NCBI GenBank assembly: GCA_003345545.1
Contig: PRDH01000003.1
Span: 1-64,000, forward strand
Length of the DNA: 64,000 bases
Direction: 5' to 3'
Source: Candidatus Thorarchaeota archaeon
GTDB lineage: Archaea; Asgardarchaeota; Thorarchaeia; Thorarchaeales; Thorarchaeaceae
A program made the translations under genes and the position numbers. Shown here piece by piece: positions 18,986 to 28,849 of this stretch. A model generated the notes under the pieces. That model was not told the origin of the DNA and did not search any database. It was given only the letters and a program-made list of their open reading frames with translations. Positions within the stretch are counted from its first letter, which is position 1, and each line of letters opens with the position of its first letter.

Positions 18986-19960
18986 GTGACCAACATGGAA
19001 CCATTGACCCATCGACCAACATCGAGACATCATGAATGGAATGAGAGCTACTACTTCATCTTCTATGACAAGGACAACAACATTGGTGGCATGAGTAGAT
19101 TGGGTTTCAAACCCAACAAGAAGGAAGGTATGACCTTCTTTTTCTTGTTCTTACCAAATGGCTCAGTTGGAGCCTTCCATGCCAATGATGATGCTCACGC
19201 CTATCCACGAGCGCTGAAGGTCGAAAACGTTCATTATGACTATCAGGGTAGCGGCGAGTGGCACTACACATACGAAGGGCCGATGCTGATATTCGACCGA
19301 CCAAGGGATTTTGCACAGGTTCAGGAGAATCCGGAAGTCATCAGTGATTTGGTGGGTGCAAGAGTCGATTTGAGATACAAGGCTCTCAATGAAACCTATG
19401 AATACAGTAAGCACATGACAGCCAAATCTCTTGAGATTGGAAAGAAGACTGGTGACATGCATTGGGAGCAAATTGGTAAGGTCAGTGGCAGTATTAAAAT
19501 CGGCGAACGATCATTCACTATTGGGGAATGCATCGGGCAAAGAGACCACACATATGGAATTAGGGACTGGACTGGAGTAGGCAACTGGTTCTACTTCGTA
19601 GTCTGGTTCGATGAGAACCTTGCGCTGAATCCCGCTGCAGTTGTCTTGGATGATGGGCGAATCGGTTCAGGTGGCTTCATCTACAAGAATGGAGAGAATA
19701 TACCAATTAAGACCATCCGAATGCTCGAACACTTGTACGAAGAAGATGGTGTCTTCCCAATTTCGACAAAACTCGAAATAACTGATCAAAATGGCAAGAG
19801 GTATGTCCTCAGGGCTGCTCCGGGATCTATCGTGCCCGTGCCATTCGAGGGGAAAGATGGCAGTCTGTCTTATCTCATTCAATCCTTCGGCTCATTTCAG
19901 CTTGACGACTTGGTTGGAGGATATGGTTCCTACGAAGTCTTGAGAAGAGCATCAAAGTAA
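18986..19960 (+). CDS. Beta-rich AttH/tocopherol-cyclase-like (DUF7064-type) protein
   Basis: WNESYYFIFYD at the N-terminus, HWEQ.G...G.I, and GQRDHTYGIRDW motifs; 2 nt downstream of the kinase. Confidence 0.6.
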   Translation: MTNMEPLTHRPTSRHHEWNESYYFIFYDKDNNIGGMSRLGFKPNKKEGMTFFFLFLPNGSVGAFHANDDAHAYPRALKVENVHYDYQGSGEWHYTYEGPMLIFDRPRDFAQVQENPEVISDLVGARVDLRYKALNETYEYSKHMTAKSLEIGKKTGDMHWEQIGKVSGSIKIGERSFTIGECIGQRDHTYGIRDWTGVGNWFYFVVWFDENLALNPAAVVLDDGRIGSGGFIYKNGENIPIKTIRMLEHLYEEDGVFPISTKLEITDQNGKRYVLRAAPGSIVPVPFEGKDGSLSYLIQSFGSFQLDDLVGGYGSYEVLRRASK

Positions 19961-20010
19961 CGGAACACGACATGCTCGAAAATGTTAAACACAGGCAGCT
20001 ATAGAGCAGG

Positions 20011-20679
20011 GTGGCGAGAGTAATGTTCGAATATGTCCAAGAAAGAGACCTATCAAGGCGACTTGAGCCGAGAACCATGGTCTATGTAATCACACATGGC
20101 GAGTATGATAGGGAGAACACGGGCAAGCTGTCTGAAAGAGGCAGAAATCAGGTCACGGAATTGGCCCATTCTCGTTTAGTCGTTGGCATACGAACGTTGT
20201 ACAGCTCCCCTGCAAGAGAAACTCTCGAGACATCAGTAATGCTGCGGAAGGAATTCGAATGCACGATGGAGAAGAAAGAATGTCTTGCAGATGTGAAACT
20301 GGGCTTTGGCTGGCAAGACACAGAACTGCTTAGAGAGAGAATTTCCCCGATGTGGAAAGATGAGAACCTTCGAGTCGAAAAAGGCGAGTCATTGGCCGAT
20401 GCTCGGGACCGAATTGGGGAATGTTTGAATGAGATTGGCGCTAGACATCGAGGGGACAGTGTTGCTGTAGTCAGCCATCCCTTCATTGCAACTCTATTCT
20501 ATTCACTTGTGACTGCAGCACCTCTTGATATCAATGAGTGGCTCATGACTGGATTTGCCTCCTGCGCAACATATGAGTATGCAACCTCTGGATGGTCGCT
20601 TCTCATGCCATCTGATAATAGCTTTCAGAGTAATCCATCATCAGTAGCTGATTGGTTGCCAGATAATGTGTTCGACTAA
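20011..20679 (+). CDS. Histidine phosphatase-fold protein with degenerate catalytic motifs
   Basis: VITHGE (canonical RHG), LSERGRNQ, YSSP, GESL and VVSH motifs. Confidence 0.75.
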   Translation: MARVMFEYVQERDLSRRLEPRTMVYVITHGEYDRENTGKLSERGRNQVTELAHSRLVVGIRTLYSSPARETLETSVMLRKEFECTMEKKECLADVKLGFGWQDTELLRERISPMWKDENLRVEKGESLADARDRIGECLNEIGARHRGDSVAVVSHPFIATLFYSLVTAAPLDINEWLMTGFASCATYEYATSGWSLLMPSDNSFQSNPSSVADWLPDNVFD

Positions 20680-20729
20680 AAAGAGAAAAGGTGTTGAAGC
20701 GCGACCTGAGCGATCGAACTTCAACAACC
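20678..20729 (-). terminator. Hairpin plus T-rich tract ending the large surface-protein gene
   Basis: Minus strand: GGTTGTTGAAG...CTTCAACACC followed by TTTTCTCTTTT, located between convergent genes. Confidence 0.55.
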
Positions 20730-20740
20730 ATCGTTATGCA

Positions 20741-23700
20741 CTATCTACGTCGATACATCGCACAGACTATGATGACCAAAGCAACGACTCCGCCGACTAT
20801 TATGTAGAGTGTTGTTGGATTTCCGCCTCCAGTGGTCGTGGTAGTAGTTGTGGTACCTGTTGTCTGTAATGCACTCGTATATGCCACAAAGACAGGATCG
20901 CAGAGTATCTCTTCGCCACCCCAGTTCTCATAGCCCGATGTCATGAAGAGCATCGACGCGTCTACGTTGAAGTTCGTCACAGAAGTGCCCGAACTTGACT
21001 CAAACATGACACTAAAGGCTCCTATCGGTGCGGTGGTTGATCCGGAGGTGTAGATTGTCGTATGATTATCGCCACCCCAGGTATATGGCAGCCCGCCCAT
21101 GGTGACATTCGCGAAGGGAGTGTCCTCAGCCCCAAACTGGTAGTATGAAGCCTCAAGACTGGCACCGTTGGTGTCGGTCACAGGACGCTGACCCGCAGTA
21201 TACGTTGTAGCCGTTCCGGTTGCAAGAACTCCGAAGAAGTTCACAGCCAAACTACGTCCCTCGAGAACTGAGTTGTCAAAGTCGTGGAGTGTCCATTCAC
21301 CAAACCGTTGATCCACCTTGAATGTCACTGCGTGATTCCATGTCTTGGGATCATCCGCATCGTATGAGGTCATATCTGCTGCGAAGGTGATGTCGAACGC
21401 CATCTCATCGATGGTAGCCTGAGTCACCCAATAGTCGAAACTCGTTGAGTTAAGACCAATGGAACCCTCATATGTTTCTCTGAAGTCCCAAGCACCTCTC
21501 AGGGCAGAAGAGTGCTCCACACGAAGCGGGTATATGGTCACATTGACATTGGAGATAGTTACGCCAAAATTCACGACAGTGTCAGGATTGACAATGACAT
21601 TGCCCGTGTTGTTGGTCGCACCGAATGGCCTCCTTAGCTCAACCTCGCCCACGCTGTCGATGAGCACGAGATGAGTCACTTCATCAGTAACTACCTGACC
21701 TCCGATGATGGTGAAATCTGGAGCACTCTCTGTTGGCCCTAGACCGTCATTGAAGATTAGGAGTCCTGCATATTCAGCACGGAAGTGTGCTAGAGTTGCC
21801 TGCGTATCGGACACAGCCACAAGAAAGTTCTGCGTCGTCCCCCAAGCAAACCACGTCGTTGACCATTTGCCTCCCTCGATACCCGGTAGGTTATCAAGTT
21901 TCAGAGTTCGATTCACGGACAACCATGATACGTACTCGTAGCCTGGCACAGGAATATCATTACCCATGTCAGCCCACAGCAAGTCCTGTATTGCAGCCAT
22001 TTCGCCTGTATTGAGTGAACTACCATCAGAGGCATGATACCAATAGAAGGTTTCATTGGCCTCATACCAGATATTCATCTCTACGACGCCCATCCAGTTT
22101 GTCGATAGGAACTCATCACCCGGAGCGCCAGGACTTGGGTCAAACCCAACTCCGACCGCCATTCCATTAATAGTGATGTTGCCCTCATCACTCCAATATC
22201 CAGTCCGCAATACGAAGTACTGATCTTCGGTGGTGTAGATGTTTCCGTCAAGGTCGATTGCACCATTGTCTGTCACTGTCCAGATTGGCGGTGTGTAGGA
22301 CGGAACTACGCCAAGACGAAGGTGACGTGGGCTCCAGAGCGTATTGCTCGAAATGTCAGCTTGGCGATACTCATCTGTCCAAGCGTCTACAAGTTCGGCG
22401 TATTGCGCAGGGGTGAGTTGCCCGCTGGTCACCAAGAATGCAGGATAGTCCCAAGCAGTTTCATTCCAGAAGCGAACATTCTGAATGAGTCCAATCTTTA
22501 CGGTTGCGGTCTCAATGACCATTGAGGGTGCTTCCGCGTTGAAGTTGAATAGTACCTTCAGAGTGCTCAGGTCCTCGCCCAGAACAGCCTCAAAAGTCGA
22601 CACAGTCAAGTCATTGCGAGGTATCACTACACTCCAGAGCAATGTACCACCTCTAAGATACATTGTGACTCTATAGTGTGAACTTGTAGTAGCATTACCA
22701 GTTTCGAAATCAATGACCATGGTGTGTGTTATCTCATACCTCCAATAGTGAGTCTCATTGCCGTCCATTCCAGAACCACTCACCTCAAGAGTGAAGTCCT
22801 TGACTTTCTGAGTGAGATTGAACAATGCACCTGCCTGGGGTTCATAGATAATTGATCCATTGAGTTCATTGATGTTTCTATGGACTATCAGCGTTAGATT
22901 GAGGGGTTCCCCCTGCTGGGCAATACTTGCAATATTGCCCTCCATGTCAAAAACAAATGCTTCGATGAATGCTGAGCGGAATGCCAGTTTCATTGTTTCT
23001 TTTTCAGTCACTTCAGGTCTCTTGTAGATAGGATCGCCATTTGCGTCAAGGACTGTCACCAGATCCATCTCAGGTCGGATGGTTCCGCCAAAGCCAAAGC
23101 TGGGATCAAGGTCAGTTTCATTGGTGAAATAGCCTCCCCACTGAATTCTGTGACTGCCGTCAAAGATGCCTGTGTATTCATCATTGAATACAAAATACTT
23201 GCTGATACTGATCGTCGAATTCTCAGTGACCGTCAGAAACGGGAACCACATACCAAGACCTCCGCCTAGGTCAAGCCAACTCCACGAAACATCAGGATAA
23301 CCAGCAAGGACATATGCGTCCGTCGCGTTGACCTTCAAAAAAATCCATGGGTAGAGATCCACTTCGGTTTCAGTCCACGCTACAGTATTATCAAAGAGTA
23401 CAGATTCACTGACGTTCAAACCCAAAGGCATTGTCCAGTTTTCTTTCACAAGATAGTCTGCATCCCAAGTCACTTGTGTGAACGGGATTAGGGTTGCTCC
23501 GATTTCTGCAGAAGACTTCATCCTAACAATGAATGTATCATTGACATCAGCGTAGTGGAGAATTCGATTGCTCTCGTCGATAATGTCGGCATAGTAATAG
23601 TCAGGCAATGAGAAGTCCAGTGGATTGACGGGCTTTCCAAAGCCAATGGGTGGTGTTGCATACTCTCCACGTGTTGTGGATGCTAGCCAAGATGGTGTTA

Positions 23701-24298
23701 CTGGCCTTCCTTCTGTATCAACAGCCTGCATACCCGTGTAGAAGATGCTGGGCACTATAGCTTCTTCATAGGTGATGGCAAAGACTACACGGTAGAAAGC
23801 GGGCTCTTCAGAATACTCTGAGTCCACACTGTCCAACGTTATGAAGTTAGCCTGCCTAGGTTCTTCAGCTCCGGGAACGTATACAAACGCCATGCTGTTC
23901 CATCTATCAGATGTAGCGTTATACTCGAGACCAAAGAAAGGAGCTCTTGGTCCTTCTCGAACGCCCCAAAACTGGACTGAATCAAGTTCACTTCCAACCC
24001 CAAGGAATGCCTTTGGGATTGTGATATTCACGAACAGGTCGTTACCGACAGCTATTCGATAGTTATTCGTGGCGATATCTGTCAGGTTGTCAGCATACCC
24101 AATCCAGATGCGCGGCTGTGGACCGAAAATCCATTCAGAGTGTTGATCTACGTTACTGAACTGCGTAACGTTATCCTCAACACGCCAGGCAATATGCATT
24201 AGTGCTTGACCTGCTGTCTGGGCTGCAATCGGAGTGACAGCACCTGCAAAACTCACCAGAAGTACTGAGATTATTGCGATTGTGCTTATCTTCTTCAT
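20741..24298 (-). CDS. Large secreted, C-terminally membrane-anchored surface glycoprotein (S-layer-like candidate)
   Basis: Signal peptide MKKISTIAIISVLLV; many N-x-S/T sequons; DLDGN Ca-binding-like motif; poly-Thr linker, TM helix and MYRRR tail. Confidence 0.75.
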   Translation of the reverse strand: MKKISTIAIISVLLVSFAGAVTPIAAQTAGQALMHIAWRVEDNVTQFSNVDQHSEWIFGPQPRIWIGYADNLTDIATNNYRIAVGNDLFVNITIPKAFLGVGSELDSVQFWGVREGPRAPFFGLEYNATSDRWNSMAFVYVPGAEEPRQANFITLDSVDSEYSEEPAFYRVVFAITYEEAIVPSIFYTGMQAVDTEGRPVTPSWLASTTRGEYATPPIGFGKPVNPLDFSLPDYYYADIIDESNRILHYADVNDTFIVRMKSSAEIGATLIPFTQVTWDADYLVKENWTMPLGLNVSESVLFDNTVAWTETEVDLYPWIFLKVNATDAYVLAGYPDVSWSWLDLGGGLGMWFPFLTVTENSTISISKYFVFNDEYTGIFDGSHRIQWGGYFTNETDLDPSFGFGGTIRPEMDLVTVLDANGDPIYKRPEVTEKETMKLAFRSAFIEAFVFDMEGNIASIAQQGEPLNLTLIVHRNINELNGSIIYEPQAGALFNLTQKVKDFTLEVSGSGMDGNETHYWRYEITHTMVIDFETGNATTSSHYRVTMYLRGGTLLWSVVIPRNDLTVSTFEAVLGEDLSTLKVLFNFNAEAPSMVIETATVKIGLIQNVRFWNETAWDYPAFLVTSGQLTPAQYAELVDAWTDEYRQADISSNTLWSPRHLRLGVVPSYTPPIWTVTDNGAIDLDGNIYTTEDQYFVLRTGYWSDEGNITINGMAVGVGFDPSPGAPGDEFLSTNWMGVVEMNIWYEANETFYWYHASDGSSLNTGEMAAIQDLLWADMGNDIPVPGYEYVSWLSVNRTLKLDNLPGIEGGKWSTTWFAWGTTQNFLVAVSDTQATLAHFRAEYAGLLIFNDGLGPTESAPDFTIIGGQVVTDEVTHLVLIDSVGEVELRRPFGATNNTGNVIVNPDTVVNFGVTISNVNVTIYPLRVEHSSALRGAWDFRETYEGSIGLNSTSFDYWVTQATIDEMAFDITFAADMTSYDADDPKTWNHAVTFKVDQRFGEWTLHDFDNSVLEGRSLAVNFFGVLATGTATTYTAGQRPVTDTNGASLEASYYQFGAEDTPFANVTMGGLPYTWGGDNHTTIYTSGSTTAPIGAFSVMFESSSGTSVTNFNVDASMLFMTSGYENWGGEEILCDPVFVAYTSALQTTGTTTTTTTTGGGNPTTLYIIVGGVVALVIIVCAMYRRR

Positions 24299-24538
24299 TA
24301 TTTCCACCTCACCAAGAACCAAGCGTGCTGTAGTCGTCCTTCCCAGTATGTCCTAGATTCGTACGAGGAGTTCTAAGAATTCGATCGGAGCGAGATGCTG
24401 GTTCTCGTTGTCTTGGTGTCTTCATCGTAGGTACTTTCCTAGTAACCTCTGATGGAAAAAACCGACGAACTGCAGTATAATGTATGCAACATCAGTATAT
24501 AGTATAATTGTGAATGAATCGTACACCCATTATGTACA

Positions 24539-26554
24539 TCATAGCTCGTCAAAATAGACACGGAGAAGCTCTGCGACACTCCTGGCTCGAGATACTGTGC
24601 CTCTATCTCGGTGAGGCATTGATCCATCGAACATGTCAGATATTGTGCCGAGGCAACCTCTACGGACAGTGCTGAGGACAGGCCGGAAGAATTTCTTCTC
24701 AGCCTTTGCTTTATTCTCAGGAGTCCTGCCGTTGACCGTAAGCCATGCAGATATGTAGGGACCTATCAACCAAGGATGCACACTCCCTTGATGCGTCGCG
24801 GCTGCTCTACTTCTTGGACCACCTGTATAGGCACGAGCATACCTCGGGTCTGTTGGGGACAGAGTTCGGAGACCGTAGGGGGTGAGTAATTCCTTGGTCA
24901 CTGTCTTCAGCACTGAGTTTGCTTTCAAACTGTCAAGAAGGGGGTACGGCAGACTAATCGCGAATATCTGGTTCGGTCTTATCGACTTGTCCTTCTCTTC
25001 ATCGGTGACAACATCGTAGAGATAACCTAAATCCTGACCCCAGAAGGTCTGAACAAAAGCTTCTTGGATCCAAGAAGCTACAGCCTGGAACTCGTATGGG
25101 TCTCTTCCGACAAATTCACACATCTCACCCATGGCCATCAGTGCATTATACCACAATGCATTGACTTCGACGCACTTCCCGATTCTAGGGGTTGGGCACC
25201 AGTCATCGACACACTCGTTCATCCACGATACCTCGACACCATTTATCCCTGAGATGATGAGACCATCATGATCCTCGTGAATGTTGAACTTCGTGCCAAT
25301 TCTATATGCGGTAATGATAGAGTCCATTGTATCCCAGATTATGCCTCGGAGGAACTCCATATCATTTGTTGCTTGGATATAGCGACGAACAGCCATGATG
25401 AACCAGAGTGATGCATCAACCGAGTCATATTCGGGCTGAATACCTCTATCTGGAAAATCGTTGGGAACAAGACCATAGCGTGAGTATCGTGCGTAATTCG
25501 TAAGAATCGCCCGTGCATCCTGAAAACGGCCGATAGACATAGTGAGGCCCGGAAGAGAAACCATTGCGTCGTGACCGATATCAGCAAGCTCATGGTATCC
25601 GGCGATTATTGATCTCATGTTTGTTGAAACCCGGTCGACGATGAATGTGTCTGCATCAAGGACAAGCCATTCTATGTCCTCGTCACGCGCCTTAGAAGAC
25701 ATTGAAAATGCACGGTCATTCAGTATCTTCCTCCGTCGGAGTTCCTCAAATCGAAGTCGGGCAAAGTCTTGTCGTTTCGCTTTTGCCAAAGGGCCAAGAC
25801 TCGACATGAGGTCCTTCTGATCTCGGCCGACTGCAAAGAGGAAGGAGAGGAAATGCTCCCCAGCATTCAGAACCGTGTGAAAGACGCCGGGGATGATCAT
25901 TTGTTCTTGATGTGGCAGACCCATTGCTTGATCGCGTCGATATACCTGAGGTGCAGTAGTACGAATTTCGCTGGGCATGAATTCAGCATCTGGGGTATAC
26001 GCATACATCCACGGGCTGTTCGGGCGTTCATCGAATGCAAAATAGGAATGACTGTCGGCAACTTCTATCTCTGGAGTGAAGTCAAGAACTGGAGGTCTTG
26101 CATGGAGGTCTCTGCAAGTCTGTAGTGGTGTAACTGTGAGGACTGTTTCTTCAGTGTTCTTTATTTCATAGTTCACGACTACCAGATTTCTTCGATATGC
26201 CATGAAAACAGTCTTCTCAAGCTCGACGCATCCTGTCGAATAGATCATCTGAGGCAGCGGATTGAGTTCAAATCGCTTGAGATACTTGTAGCCTCGATGA
26301 GTAACACCCTCGGTAGTCTGCTCGGTGCTTAAGTTACATTCCCCTTCGGAGTTCACCATAGCTTCATCCAATCGGGAGAGGGTGAGCCATCGATCCACCG
26401 GAGGGCTCATCGACGAGACCAGAAGACCGTGGTAGCCGCGAACATTCAGACCGACAATAGTGGAAGATGTGTAGCCTCCTAGACCATTAGCATAGAGCCA
26501 CTCGAATGTGATAGCTCTATTCAGTTTTAGGTCAGCATCTTCCAACGTTATCAA
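24539..26554 (-). CDS. Archaeal-type glycogen debranching enzyme (amylo-alpha-1,6-glucosidase) homolog with altered active-site motifs
   Basis: EWLYANGLGGY, YHGLL, GLVPN, TPRIGK.VEVNALWYNAL, IRPNQIFA and LLTPYGLRTL retained. Confidence 0.85.
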   Translation of the reverse strand: MITLEDADLKLNRAITFEWLYANGLGGYTSSTIVGLNVRGYHGLLVSSMSPPVDRWLTLSRLDEAMVNSEGECNLSTEQTTEGVTHRGYKYLKRFELNPLPQMIYSTGCVELEKTVFMAYRRNLVVVNYEIKNTEETVLTVTPLQTCRDLHARPPVLDFTPEIEVADSHSYFAFDERPNSPWMYAYTPDAEFMPSEIRTTAPQVYRRDQAMGLPHQEQMIIPGVFHTVLNAGEHFLSFLFAVGRDQKDLMSSLGPLAKAKRQDFARLRFEELRRRKILNDRAFSMSSKARDEDIEWLVLDADTFIVDRVSTNMRSIIAGYHELADIGHDAMVSLPGLTMSIGRFQDARAILTNYARYSRYGLVPNDFPDRGIQPEYDSVDASLWFIMAVRRYIQATNDMEFLRGIIWDTMDSIITAYRIGTKFNIHEDHDGLIISGINGVEVSWMNECVDDWCPTPRIGKCVEVNALWYNALMAMGEMCEFVGRDPYEFQAVASWIQEAFVQTFWGQDLGYLYDVVTDEEKDKSIRPNQIFAISLPYPLLDSLKANSVLKTVTKELLTPYGLRTLSPTDPRYARAYTGGPRSRAAATHQGSVHPWLIGPYISAWLTVNGRTPENKAKAEKKFFRPVLSTVRRGCLGTISDMFDGSMPHRDRGTVSRARSVAELLRVYFDEL

Positions 26555-26703
26555 TGGATGGATACCTCAGAGTCGATTTCTGTTCACTTACGAGTTCTGA
26601 CCACGGGTACACTTTAAGGGTTGTGTCACACAGATTTGGTATAGACAGTCACCGTCATAAGTAGCTGAAATCGAATTCCGATATCGTCTAGGAGTGCTCA
26701 ATT

Positions 26704-27987
26704 TTGACTGACAATGGCTGTAAACCACCAATGGCTATTAGCGCAGTCGATACTGGGCAATCAAGCAGACGATGGCTAGGGCTGAGCGGGAACCTTTGGA
26801 GGCTGGCGGCGGTCACAGGAGTTGCCCAGTTCTGTATGAGTCTATGGGCTTGGCAATTCGGTATCTTCCTCGCAGGCGTTGTTGAGAAGTGGCAGATCGG
26901 CCTCACATTCTCAATTGGCACTTTTGCAATGATTGTTGGCTATGCAGTTTCGGGCACCGTTTCAGACCTCATCGGACGTAAACACGCAATGACCTTCGCC
27001 TTTGTACCAATGTTCGTGGGGCTACTTGGGTTGAGATTGTTTCCTGTCTGGCCTCTTATACCCCTGGAATACGGAATCGTATTTTTCGGCTGGGCATTCG
27101 TCATAATCATGAGCAGAGCCATGCCTGCAGATGAGATTGCTCAGACAAGCGGAGAAAACTCCGCACGCATCTTCAACATGACCCTACTACCAGCATTTCT
27201 GGTTGATGGTATCAGTCCCATCATTGCTGCGATTCTGCTCGATGCAGGCTATGTGGCCGGAGACCTCCATCTATTGGCTTCGCTTGGAGCATTAATTGCA
27301 ATTGTCGCAAACAATCGGATTGTAAAAGAGTCTCTTGGCAAAGAGCTGATGGAGCGGGCAAAGGCTGGACCAGTTATCACATTTCGAGGGTTGGGGAAGA
27401 ACTTCTGGATCTTCACATTGGGTATGCTCGGATTCGTCTTCATTGGAAACCTCGCATTCCCATACGTGGGGAACCTTGTTGTCGAGGATTGGGGTCTTAG
27501 CGATTCAGCATATGGGTATGCTTGGGCAGCATATTCCTTCACATGTGTGATTCTTATGTATAATCTGAGTGGCCTTGTAGATAAGAACGTTCGAGTCGCA
27601 CTGATTCTGGCACTCTGGAGTATTGCAGTCATTTTGGGCATTTTCGCCTTCAGCTCAGGGGTATGGGCACTCGTCATTCTCAATATCGCTTGGGCAGTCC
27701 CCTTAGTGATCTGGACTGGAGCCGAGAACAGCCTTGCCGTGAACGGTGTCAGCAACGAAATGAAGGGACGAGCTCTTGGAACATATCAATTCATGTTGAG
27801 TACCACACATCTCTTTGGTGCGTTTTTCGGTGCGATTCTATGGGACTACTTTGGAAGCCTGCGCACGGTCTTCAGCATTGCGAGCATTGGCGGACTAGTC
27901 ATTGTAATTGGTCTGACATACGCACTGATGTCAGTGGAGATTATCAAAGAACCTCGTGCAACATTAGAACTCAACAAAACCGAGTAA
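26704..27987 (+). CDS. MFS transporter
   Basis: About 12 TM; motif A GTVSDLIGRK; KGRALG. Confidence 0.85.
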   Translation: MTDNGCKPPMAISAVDTGQSSRRWLGLSGNLWRLAAVTGVAQFCMSLWAWQFGIFLAGVVEKWQIGLTFSIGTFAMIVGYAVSGTVSDLIGRKHAMTFAFVPMFVGLLGLRLFPVWPLIPLEYGIVFFGWAFVIIMSRAMPADEIAQTSGENSARIFNMTLLPAFLVDGISPIIAAILLDAGYVAGDLHLLASLGALIAIVANNRIVKESLGKELMERAKAGPVITFRGLGKNFWIFTLGMLGFVFIGNLAFPYVGNLVVEDWGLSDSAYGYAWAAYSFTCVILMYNLSGLVDKNVRVALILALWSIAVILGIFAFSSGVWALVILNIAWAVPLVIWTGAENSLAVNGVSNEMKGRALGTYQFMLSTTHLFGAFFGAILWDYFGSLRTVFSIASIGGLVIVIGLTYALMSVEIIKEPRATLELNKTE

Positions 27988-27995
27988 AGTTCTCA

Positions 27996-28715
27996 TCAAT
28001 CCTTCTTACGCTTCCTCAAGGACTCGATTCTTGAGATGTCTCTAGTATCAGCGTATTTCCCCAATAAGTGACCGGACTTCTTTGCTTTGGTTTCAAGATA
28101 GGCACGATTATACTCAGATGGCGGTATGACCAAAGGCAGCCTCTCATCAATCTGTACTCCTGCTGAAGTAAGTTGCCGGATCTTATCAGGATTGTTTGTG
28201 AGCAGCTTGATTGAACGGACTTGCAGGTTCTTGAGAATGCTCGCAGCTATTCTATAGTCACGTTCATCCGGTTGATAGCCCAAATGTATGTTTGCATCGA
28301 TAGTATCCAGCCCGTGATCCTGAAGTGCATATGCTCTAATCTTTTCGGTAAGCCCAATATTGCGACCCTCTTGACGCAGATAGAGCACCACACCAGCACC
28401 CTCTTTCTCTATGATCTTCAAGGATTCAAGAAGTTGGTCTCTACAGTCACATCTCTTGCTCCCCATCACGTCGCCTGTCAAGCACTCTGAGTGAACGCGG
28501 GTGACAACACCCCTCTTGCCTACAATGTCTCCCTTTATGATTGCAGTGTGCTCTTTGCCATCACAGGGACTCACAAATCCACAGATTTGGAAATCTCCAA
28601 ACCTGCTTGGAAGGTCGGCAATGGCCACCAATTGAACACAGCATTGATCTGTGACGCAGACTTGCCTTGCGCTCTCATCAATGAGCTCAGCAATCTGCTC
28701 ATCGGATAACTTCAT
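27996..28715 (-). CDS. ribA: GTP cyclohydrolase II
   Basis: RVHSECLTGD, CDC, RQEGR, ERDY, LLTNNPDK and YL.TK...GH motifs. Confidence 0.92.
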   Translation of the reverse strand: MKLSDEQIAELIDESARQVCVTDQCCVQLVAIADLPSRFGDFQICGFVSPCDGKEHTAIIKGDIVGKRGVVTRVHSECLTGDVMGSKRCDCRDQLLESLKIIEKEGAGVVLYLRQEGRNIGLTEKIRAYALQDHGLDTIDANIHLGYQPDERDYRIAASILKNLQVRSIKLLTNNPDKIRQLTSAGVQIDERLPLVIPPSEYNRAYLETKAKKSGHLLGKYADTRDISRIESLRKRKKD

Positions 28716-28849
28716 TCCTTCGAACCCAAGATTCGAGTTTTCGTTTCAAATATAGAGATTTGCCTTTGGTCTTTCCGGCATCGCTAAATATGGGCGTCCA
28801 AGCATAGAGAGGAGGAGTCACATGACTACAACTCCATGGTGAATCCAGG

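Noticed and set aside
20825-20870. Low-complexity GTG/GTA/GTT run as a DNA repeat element
   Set aside because: It encodes the poly-Thr linker of the surface protein.
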